Origin: an uncultured Clostridia bacterium | GTDB lineage: Bacteria > Bacillota > Clostridia > Christensenellales > DTU072 | Length of the DNA stretch: 64,000 nucleotides | Reading direction: 5' to 3' | NCBI GenBank assembly: GCA_944349655.1 | Contig: CALVNL010000003.1 | Coordinates: 15,252 to 79,251, forward strand | Part shown: positions 16,601 through 24,298 of the stretch, piece after piece | Numbering within the stretch: the first letter of the stretch is position 1 | Layout: every line of letters starts with the position of its first letter | The notes under the pieces: model-generated | What the model was told of the DNA's origin: nothing | The model's input: only the letters and a program-made list of their open reading frames with translations | Database searches by the model: none | Translations under genes and position numbers: made by a program

Positions 16601-19417
16601 ATGGAATATACTAGAGGATCAGAGTGGAGAAGATGGGATTTCCATCTACATACCCCTGACACAAAAAAGAATGATCAGTTCCAAGCGAATGGCAAAGGAA
16701 AATGGGAACTGTTTTATGAAAATATAGCTAATTACATTGGAGATAAAACCAATCCTCAAAAAACAATTGCAGCAGTCGGAATTACCGATTATTTTTCAGT
16801 TGAAAATTATAGAAAAGTAAAATCAGATGGAATATTGGCACGACATATTGACTTTATTTTTCCCAATATAGAACTTAGGTGTCTCCCCCTAAAAGACGGA
16901 GTAAAAATGAATGTTCATTTACTGATTAATCCATCTTTTATCGATAAAGTAGACACTATAATTCTTAGCAATTTAAAGTATTGCTCAATGGATACGGAGT
17001 ATTGTGCTCGTAAAGATGATTTAATAAGATTTGGAAAAGATCTGGATGCATCTTTGGATGATGAAATGGCCTATAAAAAAGGTGTTGAAAATTTTAATAT
17101 CAATTTTGACGATTTAATAAAAATATTAAAAAATCATCCAGAATGTAAAGATAATGTACTTATCTTAATGCCCAATAGGAGTACTGATGGTGCATCTGCA
17201 GTTGGAAATCCTACAAGCCCGTCAGTGGATCTATGTGATTTATGCGAATATAGAAGAGAATTATATAGAACATCGGATATTATTTTATCTGCGAATCCTT
17301 CGGACATAAATTTCTTTTTAGGTAAACGAGATAAGAAACCTGAAAAGATAATGCCTTGCGTTTGGGGGTGTGATGCTCATACAAACGAAGCTATCTTTGA
17401 ACCGCTTAATAGCGAAAAACAACCGACTAAAAGGTATTGCTGGATTAAAGCAGACCCGACATGGGAAGGATTAAAGCAGGTACTATTTGAACCAGAAGAG
17501 CGGGTTCGCATTCAAGAACTATGCCCAGCGGATAGAATTGACAATTATCGAATTATTGATCAAATTGTTATCGAGGATGATACGGTGCCCCATAGATTTT
17601 CGAATGATGCTATTCCCATCAATGAAAATCTTACTTGCATTATAGGTTTAAAGTCAACAGGTAAATCTATATTGCTGCAGAACATTGCACAGGCAATTGA
17701 TCCTACGGAAGTAACGACAAGATTTAATACAGTTTATGCAGGCAAGAGAATTCCTTTTGAGTTTCCCATAAAAGTATATTGGAAAGATGGTACCGTCTCA
17801 TCAAAAGATTCTAAAGATGATAAGAAAATAGTTTATATAGCACAGTCATATCTTAACAAGTTGATGGATGATTGTGCAGAGAAAACAGAAATTGATTCAA
17901 TAATTGAAGGTATAATCACTCAGAACGAAGATTTCTGCATTTTAAAAAAGAGTTTTGATGCAGAATTGATAGATATTCAAAAACAAATAGAATCTAAGAT
18001 TTTAGATTTAATATACAAACAAAGAGAGTTAATTGGACAAGTAGCTGTTATTAAAGATATTGGTAATCGAGAATCGATTGAAAAGAACATCGAACTGTTG
18101 CGCGAAAAAAAAGAATCAATAGCAAAATCTTTAAATCTATCAGCAGAAGATATTGCTAAATACGATAATGCAATTAATAAAAAGCAAGAACTGGAAGAAA
18201 ATTTGATTGTTTTACAGACAGACAGGAATACTATCGAAAACTCACAGTTTAGTGTTTATGTATGTGGTGAAACAAAAATAGTTGATGCTGAAATAACCAA
18301 TATGTACAATAATGCTCTTTCGTTAATAGAAAGTGAAGCATCGAAAAGATGGAATGAGAAAAAGCAAAGTATTGTTAAGAAAATAGACGAAAAATTATCC
18401 ACAATTAATAATGAATTAAAATCTACGATTGATGTCATTGAAGCCTTAAAACCAATGATGGATAGTAATGAAGAGATTAAGAGAATTGAAAATAATTTGA
18501 GGGCAGAAGAAACAAATTTACGAAAGATAAATGCGGAATTTGAAACACTAACTAATATTCAAAAGTCCATAAACTCTATTATAGAGAATATTCTATCTCT
18601 TTCGACATCACGTGAAAACAAATATGATTTATTCGCAGAGCAATTCAAAACGATTCATTTCAAAGATACGAATGAAAACTTTAAAATCATTGCAATAAAA
18701 AGAAGGCGTAGAGTTTACTTCAGAGACACAATAACAAAGATCTTTACACAAAATGCTTTAAAAACAATTCATAATGGTGTTTTTAGAAATTTTGACGATC
18801 CCTCTTTTATTTTAGAAAATGAGTATGACGAGGCTTGTAAAAAAGATTATATAAATGCGATTCTTGAAAACGACACACAAAAAGTTTTGCTAAGTAAATA
18901 TGAAAAAGATCGTGCATTGCAAGAACTATTTGGCGATTTTGATAATATTATTTATACGGTTGAAATGGATGGTGATCTTATCGAGAGTATGTCTCCCGGT
19001 AAAAAGGCATTAGTTCTGTTGAAACTACTTATAAGTCACGATGAGTCAAAATGTCCAATTCTGTTAGATCAGCCCGAAGACGATTTAGATAACCTCTCCA
19101 TAGTATCCGATTTAGTTGCCTTTATAAAAGAACGAAAAAGGGATCGACAAATAGTTTTGGTGACACATAACGCAAATTTGGTCCTAGGCTGTGATGCTGA
19201 AGAAGTAATTGTGGCAAATCAGCAAATAGACAATAATTCACTTACACATAATAAATCATTTAGATTCGAGTATCGCTCTGGATCTATAGAAAATATAACC
19301 ACAACGGATTCAGATACTTTCCTAGGATCAAGAGGCATTCAACAACATATTTGTAATATTCTAGAAGGCGGAAAAGAAGCATTTATTGCAAGGAAAAATA
19401 AATATACCAATTTGTAA
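16601..19417 (+). CDS. Fused PHP-domain phosphoesterase / Rad50-SMC-like coiled-coil ABC ATPase (Ppl/TrlF-like defence protein)
   Basis: Start at the ATG at 16601 (AAGGAG 6 nt upstream). PHP motifs: FHLHTP (H15, H17), GITDYF, NIELR, NVHLLI, GCDAH. Walker A: GLKSTGKS (aa 349-356). A ~300-aa heptad-rich insert follows. Signature-like MSPGKKAL, Walker B ILLDQPEDDLD, H-loop VTHNANL. Confidence 0.75.
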   Translation: MEYTRGSEWRRWDFHLHTPDTKKNDQFQANGKGKWELFYENIANYIGDKTNPQKTIAAVGITDYFSVENYRKVKSDGILARHIDFIFPNIELRCLPLKDGVKMNVHLLINPSFIDKVDTIILSNLKYCSMDTEYCARKDDLIRFGKDLDASLDDEMAYKKGVENFNINFDDLIKILKNHPECKDNVLILMPNRSTDGASAVGNPTSPSVDLCDLCEYRRELYRTSDIILSANPSDINFFLGKRDKKPEKIMPCVWGCDAHTNEAIFEPLNSEKQPTKRYCWIKADPTWEGLKQVLFEPEERVRIQELCPADRIDNYRIIDQIVIEDDTVPHRFSNDAIPINENLTCIIGLKSTGKSILLQNIAQAIDPTEVTTRFNTVYAGKRIPFEFPIKVYWKDGTVSSKDSKDDKKIVYIAQSYLNKLMDDCAEKTEIDSIIEGIITQNEDFCILKKSFDAELIDIQKQIESKILDLIYKQRELIGQVAVIKDIGNRESIEKNIELLREKKESIAKSLNLSAEDIAKYDNAINKKQELEENLIVLQTDRNTIENSQFSVYVCGETKIVDAEITNMYNNALSLIESEASKRWNEKKQSIVKKIDEKLSTINNELKSTIDVIEALKPMMDSNEEIKRIENNLRAEETNLRKINAEFETLTNIQKSINSIIENILSLSTSRENKYDLFAEQFKTIHFKDTNENFKIIAIKRRRRVYFRDTITKIFTQNALKTIHNGVFRNFDDPSFILENEYDEACKKDYINAILENDTQKVLLSKYEKDRALQELFGDFDNIIYTVEMDGDLIESMSPGKKALVLLKLLISHDESKCPILLDQPEDDLDNLSIVSDLVAFIKERKRDRQIVLVTHNANLVLGCDAEEVIVANQQIDNNSLTHNKSFRFEYRSGSIENITTTDSDTFLGSRGIQQHICNILEGGKEAFIARKNKYTNL

Positions 19418-19792
19418 CATGACAACCACGCAAGTACTAAAATCGGGTTTCCAGATTGTTCGGCGCAACGGCGTGGAGGCTTCAAAGTAGCGACTTCTTA
19501 CTATTTCCATAACTCGCTTAGACCGTCGGAAATAGCCAATAAAACGGAGCAAAATAACAAATCGAAAAATTCATTATAAATATGGCTGAAATTGCTGGGT
19601 ACATTAAGGTATAATGAAGATTTTAAAGGTTAGCGCATCACTAAAACAAAAAGAAAATGACCGCCGAAACATCGAGCAAATACCTGTATTATTGTCCTTT
19701 AATAAAACAAGAAGTGCAGCTACACTCTCAAAAAGTTTTAATCATAAAGCGAGTTTTTACACTATATTTATAATAAATCAAGTAATAAATCA

Positions 19793-19818
19793 AGCCGAGA
19801 ATTTTTCTCGGCTTTTTC
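19793..19818 (+). terminator. Rho-independent terminator inside the island's non-coding stretch
   Basis: AGCCGAGA (19793-19800), loop ATTTT, TCTCGGCT (19806-19813), then a T-run. Confidence 0.6.
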
Positions 19819-19889
19819 CATTGTTATTTGCAAGAAAGTTTAATTATCTTTATTTTTTTCTTAATAACCTTGTAAAATCCATTGTCAAA

Positions 19890-20380
19890 TGTCCTATATA
19901 AGTGAGGGGCATTTTTCTTTTGCGAAAAATACGAAGTTTTTGCCCTCTACTGTCCATATGTAGTGAGAAAATCTTTTTCAAAATAAAAAAAGTTTCGTGC
20001 AAACCATTTACTTTCGTGCCGGAAGTTTCCAATTATAGTAGAGGGATATTTTTCAGGAAAGTACGAAGTTTTTACTCTCTGTTGTCCATATATAGTGAGG
20101 AGATTTTCTTCTGTAAGAAAAAAGTTTCCCGTAAACCATTAACTTTTGTACCGGAAGTGTCCAATTATAGTAGAGAAATAATAAATTACCGCGAATTTCT
20201 AAAAACACCCCGCCAAAAGGTATGGTAAGTGTCCAATTATAGTAGGAGAATTTTTTGAAAAAGTTCAGTTAAATACCCTAACAAAGAGATGAAAACTTTC
20301 CAATATAAGTAGAGATGTTTTCAAGAACTTACGAAAAACACCCCCGCAAACAGGCAAGCTAATGTCCATATATAGTGAAC
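19890..20380 (+). repeat. Array of eight ~18-bp direct iteron-like repeats (consensus TGTCCAWWTATAGTRRAG) containing a 132-bp tandem duplication
   Basis: Copies start at 19890, 19951, 20026, 20083, 20158, 20230, 20297 and 20363, all in the same orientation. Two subtypes occur: TGTCCATATATAGTGAG and TGTCCAATTATAGTAGAG. Segments 19931-20044 and 20063-20176 align without gaps, 93 of 114 identical. Confidence 0.85.
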
Positions 20381-20640
20381 GGTAAAGGAGATAACGGATC
20401 ATGAGTTACAAACAAGTGTACCCGCCTTAGCAGGCAGAAAACGGAAAGCAAAAGCCCGAAAAATAAATTGGAAAACGGGTACTTTTTACAAGCAGGATAA
20501 GGTTTTTGCAATCTATTTCAAAAACGGAACTCGAAACAAGTCGGAAACCGACTTTTCGAAAAGGACAACATTTGCTCGTATCCACAAGAAGAAATCGCCC
20601 TGCTTTTACTAAAAATATCGGCGGACTAACGCAAAAGCAC

Positions 20641-20696
20641 TTGACTTACGCACACAAAGCGTGTAAAATATAATCGTCGTATAGATACGATTATAT
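20641..20696 (+). promoter_or_regulatory. Promoter with an overlapping palindromic operator upstream of the small island gene and recombinase
   Basis: TTGACT (20641-20646), 17-nt spacer, TAAAAT (20664-20669). Perfect 10-bp inverted repeat ATATAATCGT (20668-20677) / ACGATTATAT (20687-20696). Confidence 0.55.
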
Positions 20697-20716
20697 ATTC
20701 ACGGAGGAATGAAAAA

Positions 20717-21007
20717 ATGGCAAAGTCAAGAAAGGAAAAAGACAAAAGATACGAAGAACGGCACAAGGAAGAACGCAAAGCCAAAAACGTTATATGGGGA
20801 ACGAGCGTTCCGAGAAAGACGGCGGAAGAAATAAACGAGTTTCTGAAAAAGCACGGCTATACGAAGGTGGAACTTATACAAGCTGGCTACGAAGAACTGT
20901 TAGCCCGACACGATACCGCCTTTGCAAAATTAAAGGACGGCTACGACGATTTTTTCGAGAGCGAACTTACGAAATTCGCAGAAGAAAGAAACAAAAACAA
21001 ATCATAA
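20717..21007 (+). CDS. Small charged protein (96 aa), unknown function; possible DNA-binding accessory factor of the island
   Basis: GGAGG RBS 9 nt upstream. N-terminal K/R/E-rich segment MAKSRKEKDKRYEERHKEERKAKN. The function is inferred only. Confidence 0.55.
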   Translation: MAKSRKEKDKRYEERHKEERKAKNVIWGTSVPRKTAEEINEFLKKHGYTKVELIQAGYEELLARHDTAFAKLKDGYDDFFESELTKFAEERNKNKS

Positions 21008-21130
21008 TCCGTAAGACGAGATACTCTCGCCTTGCGGAAATCTGAGATAAGGAGGATTTTGCGGTAATGGTGAGAGAACATTACAGCCATCAGGAAAGAG
21101 AACATAGTATCCGCGCAATAAGTATGAACG

Positions 21131-21328
21131 TTGAAGCGGATACAAGAAAACACCGTTGAGGTCAATCTGTCAACGGGACACAAAGAAAAAGGCAGATTAA
21201 ATCTGCCGAAAGAAAGAATACAAACAAGCGCAAAAATTTTAGCCGATATTTTACTCGACTATGCGAGAAACGGCGGTAATATGGACGTTTTAACGCCCGA
21301 GAGCGTATTCGGCAGGAGAAAGCAATGA
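21131..21328 (+). CDS. Hypothetical small ORF overlapping the recombinase start (ATGA)
   Basis: TTG start, no clear RBS. Support comes only from the 4-nt overlap with the recombinase ATG. Confidence 0.25.
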   Translation: MKRIQENTVEVNLSTGHKEKGRLNLPKERIQTSAKILADILLDYARNGGNMDVLTPESVFGRRKQ

Positions 21329-22932
21329 AAAAGCGAGTAGTTATATATGCAAGGTTCAGTTCGCACAGTCAGACGGAACAGTCTATCGAAGGACAACTTC
21401 GGGAATGCTACGAGTATGCAAAAAGACAGGACCTTCTCGTTGTAGCCGAATACATTGACCGTGCGCTTACGGGTACTACGGACAAACGCCCCGAATTTTT
21501 AAGAATGATCGACGACAGTAAGAAAAAGACTTTCGACTATGTTCTTGTTTACCAACTTGATCGCTTTGCCCGTAACCGTTACGACAGCGCGAATTACAAA
21601 GCAAAGTTAAAGAAAAACGGCGTGCGTGTTCTATCTGCAAAGGAAAACATAACGGAAGACGCAAGCGGAATTTTAATCGAGGGCGTGCTGGAAAGTATGG
21701 CGGAGTATTACTCCGCCGAACTTTCGCAAAAGGTAAAACGCGGAATACGGGAAAGTTACGAAAAAGGTTACTTTATCGGCGGATACGGATTATTCGGCTA
21801 TGACATCGTGGACAAAAAATGGACGATAAACAGTTACGAAGCGGATATTGTAAGAGATATTTTTACAAGATACAAAAACGGCGAAAAGGCGAAAGAAATT
21901 ATTGCAAGGCTGAACGGACAAGGCATTAAGACGAAAGCCGGTTCGTCGTTCAATATGAACAGTCTTGCAAGGATAATCCGCAACGAAAAATACATCGGGA
22001 AAGTAACTTCACACGGCACGGTTTACACTAATGTCATACCGCCTATCGTGGACGAAGAACTTTTTTATGAATGCAACGTCATTATGGACAAGCATAAACA
22101 TAAACCGCGCGATAGCAAGAGCGAACAGCCATATATTTTAAGCGGAAAATTGTTTTGCGGATTTTGCGGTAGTCTGATGACCGCCGAAACGGGAACAAGC
22201 CATACAGGTAAACTTCATCACTATTACAAGTGTTTCGGAAGAAAACGCAACAAACACAGTTGTAAAAAGGCAAATTACAGACAGCAAGACCTTGAAGATC
22301 TGGTCTTCGGCACGACGGTTAAATACGTTCTGCAACCCGACGTAATTCAAACCGTTGCCGAACAGGTCGTTTCAAAATTCAATTCGGAGATAACAAAGAC
22401 CGCAACGCTTGAAAATCTCGAAAACGAGTTGAAAGCCAAAGAAAAAGCGATATACGCACTGCTTGCCGCCATAGAACAAGGCATAGTGACTAAATCCACC
22501 AAAGAACGACTGATTTCTCTCGAAACGCAAAAAGAGGAATTAGAGAGCAAAATTTTACTTGAAAAGGCTCGGCAGATAAAACCGCTCGAAGTGGACAAAG
22601 TAAAAGCGTTTTTAACCTATTTTGCCCGTAAAAAGTATGAAAACGGGCAAGAAAAAAACGAGTTTTTCAACTCGTTCATAAACCGTGTTATTTTGTATGA
22701 CGACAAAATTTTAATCTTTTACAACACAGACGATAATCACCCGACGGTAATCAAGAGAAAAAATACGGAAGAATTGGTTTCGCAACTTAACGACATAGAG
22801 AGCAACGGCAAAACCGCAATAAATGACTGCCTGAACGCAACGGGAAACAACAGCCCAAGCGTACAAAATGAAAACTCGCTTGAACCTCAAGGGTTCAAAC
22901 GAGTTTCACTTGGCGGAGAGAGTGGGATTTGA
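21325..22932 (+). CDS. Large serine recombinase (resolvase/invertase N-domain, recombinase domain, zinc ribbon, coiled coil)
   Basis: VVIYARFSSHSQTEQSIEGQ and LDRFARN (serine-recombinase catalytic domain). Cys cluster CGFCGSLM..YYKCFGRKRNKHSC. 535 aa. The 3' end overlaps the tRNA by 22 nt. Confidence 0.9.
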   Translation: MKKRVVIYARFSSHSQTEQSIEGQLRECYEYAKRQDLLVVAEYIDRALTGTTDKRPEFLRMIDDSKKKTFDYVLVYQLDRFARNRYDSANYKAKLKKNGVRVLSAKENITEDASGILIEGVLESMAEYYSAELSQKVKRGIRESYEKGYFIGGYGLFGYDIVDKKWTINSYEADIVRDIFTRYKNGEKAKEIIARLNGQGIKTKAGSSFNMNSLARIIRNEKYIGKVTSHGTVYTNVIPPIVDEELFYECNVIMDKHKHKPRDSKSEQPYILSGKLFCGFCGSLMTAETGTSHTGKLHHYYKCFGRKRNKHSCKKANYRQQDLEDLVFGTTVKYVLQPDVIQTVAEQVVSKFNSEITKTATLENLENELKAKEKAIYALLAAIEQGIVTKSTKERLISLETQKEELESKILLEKARQIKPLEVDKVKAFLTYFARKKYENGQEKNEFFNSFINRVILYDDKILIFYNTDDNHPTVIKRKNTEELVSQLNDIESNGKTAINDCLNATGNNSPSVQNENSLEPQGFKRVSLGGESGI

Positions 22933-22936
22933 ACCC
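22891..22936. repeat. Perfect 9-bp inverted repeat GGGTTCAAA / TTTGAACCC spanning 46 bp, centred on the tRNA CCA end (att-site-like)
   Basis: Arms at 22891-22899 and 22928-22936; the right arm is the tRNA T-arm. A further TTGAACC copy lies at 22880-22886. Confidence 0.6.
22909..22916. repeat. Right copy of the 8-bp direct repeat CTTGGCGG (putative att core)
   Basis: Identical to 10102-10109. Covers the tRNA 3'-terminal CCGCCA plus 2 nt. Confidence 0.55.
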
Positions 22937-23001
22937 ACGGTACGCTTTTGGCGTACACACGATTTCCAATCGTGCTCCTTCGACCCCTCGGACATCTCTC
23001 C
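22911..23001 (-). tRNA. tRNA-Ser (anticodon GGA), class II with long variable arm, CCA encoded
   Basis: Hand fold of the minus-strand sequence. Acceptor GGAGAGA/TCTCTCC; D stem TCC/GGA; anticodon stem CACGA/TCGTG with loop TTGGAAA. Variable arm GTACGC/GCGTAC; T stem GTGGG/CCCAC with loop TTCAAAT; discriminator G then CCA. 91 nt. Confidence 0.9.
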
Positions 23002-23086
23002 TTGTGCGGGACGGTTATGGTCCTTTGCCCGTCCCCTTGTTGTTGATATCGTTGACTATTATATAATACTTTTTTCGGTTTGGCAA

Positions 23087-24298
23087 TTAAAAATCGCCTA
23101 TTGCGCGGATTTCTTTCTTGTCAACCAGTCTTAATCCGTAGCAATCGAAACTTCCGTCCGTTCCCACTTCGATAACCGTACCGCCGCGCTGAGCAGTTTC
23201 CTTGGCTATTCCGAAGTATGCAAGATAGTCTATGCTCATTCCGTAGGTCAGACGAATATAATCGTCTCCTTCGCCTCCGTTATAGTATAATGAGAAATTG
23301 TTGTAATGATCGTGTCCGGTGAATACGCCTTTAGTGCTTCCCAATTTCAGCATCGTTTCGAAAAGTTCGTCTTCACCTATTCCGCTGTAAACTACGTTCC
23401 CGCTTTCTCCCGCTATGCCGTAAACATATTTGACGTTTTCCGTATCTTTCTCGCCGTTGTTGTACCATTCGAAATATGCGTCTTTGCATTCCACAAGAGG
23501 TATGTGGAAAAATGCCAGACTCTTAAGAGTTTCGGTCGCACCGTTAGACTTATTTATATTGTCAAGACGCGTAATCTCGTTTTCATACCAGGTTATCTGA
23601 TTGGGATGAATGTTATCGTAATCACGGAAAAATCCCTTTGCATAAGCATGAGAGTCGAACAAAACGAGGGACTGGGTTATTATCCCGGCGCTGTTCTTGA
23701 CGTTTATGAAATAGTTGCCGTAACCGTCCACGTCCTCGGGCCCTTCCTGATAAAGGCAATATTTTAATTCGGGACGAGAATAATAGTCGGAAATTTGTTC
23801 ACGGTCGTAATAGCTGTACACTTCGCTGTCGTGGTTTCCGAATACCACCGCCCAGTAAACTCCGATAGCTTCCATCGTTTCCGCAAAGGTTTTAGTGGGA
23901 GCCATATTGTTGAAACTGCCGCTGGAGAACGGCACGGGATAAGCCATATCTCCCGTTACTATTACGAGATCGGGTTTTGTGTAAGCGATAAGGTCGTAAA
24001 CGGCGTTTATCGCCATAATATCTTTACGCAAAGAAAACGCTCCGCCGCCGATATGTACGTCGGTAAGCTGTAAAATCTTGAACTCTCTGTCCGTAGTAAA
24101 GGTGTAATAGCCGGTTTCTTCGTCGATGTACGGAGCGTCCAACGGATCGTCCTGTTCCACCTTGGAAAGACTGCGGGCATATTTGATGTTTGCGTTGTTG
24201 CCGATAACTGATACAAGACTTACAATCAATATGAAACATACGATAATGGCCAAAATTATACCGACGATCTTCAACGCCTTTTTAGCTCTGGGTTTCAT
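23087..24298 (-). CDS. Membrane-anchored metallophosphoesterase (calcineurin-like)
   Basis: LQLTDVHIGG, VIVTGDMAY, VVFGNHDSE, FFHIPL, TGHDHYNN. N-terminal TM. Confidence 0.8.
   Translation of the reverse strand: MKPRAKKALKIVGIILAIIVCFILIVSLVSVIGNNANIKYARSLSKVEQDDPLDAPYIDEETGYYTFTTDREFKILQLTDVHIGGGAFSLRKDIMAINAVYDLIAYTKPDLVIVTGDMAYPVPFSSGSFNNMAPTKTFAETMEAIGVYWAVVFGNHDSEVYSYYDREQISDYYSRPELKYCLYQEGPEDVDGYGNYFINVKNSAGIITQSLVLFDSHAYAKGFFRDYDNIHPNQITWYENEITRLDNINKSNGATETLKSLAFFHIPLVECKDAYFEWYNNGEKDTENVKYVYGIAGESGNVVYSGIGEDELFETMLKLGSTKGVFTGHDHYNNFSLYYNGGEGDDYIRLTYGMSIDYLAYFGIAKETAQRGGTVIEVGTDGSFDCYGLRLVDKKEIRAIGDF

Larger units (their letters stand above)
10102..22916. mobile_element. ~12.8-kb integrative defence island at the 3' end of tRNA-Ser(GGA), mobilised by a large serine recombinase
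   Basis: Flanking 8-bp direct repeats. The recombinase gene sits at the right edge, abutting the tRNA. The interior is AT-rich (hand count 15 G+C in 12001-12060 versus 35 in 28321-28380). Cargo is defence genes only. Joining the flanks restores tRNA-CCA followed by a terminator. Confidence 0.6.

Noticed and set aside
19614-20228. One reading frame stays open for 205 codons with a single TAA (track ORFs 19614..19901 and 19902..20228). It encodes a repeated 44-45-aa unit (RGIF..KIRSF..VPEVSNYS). 12 of the 21 mismatches between the two 132-bp repeat copies fall on third codon positions.
   Set aside because: There is no RBS or ATG (GTG directly after a stop). The upstream part reads through a strong terminator hairpin. 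The peptide is F/K/S/I-rich, as expected from AT-rich DNA. The third-position excess (12/5/4 across codon positions) is only marginal by my chi-square estimate, and I chose the frame after the fact. I treat it as a non-coding repeat, but homologue comparison could reopen the question.
19890-20380. Repeat array considered as a CRISPR array.
   Set aside because: The repeats are only ~18 bp and degenerate. The intervening segments are themselves repeated (132-bp duplication) rather than unique spacers. No cas genes are present.
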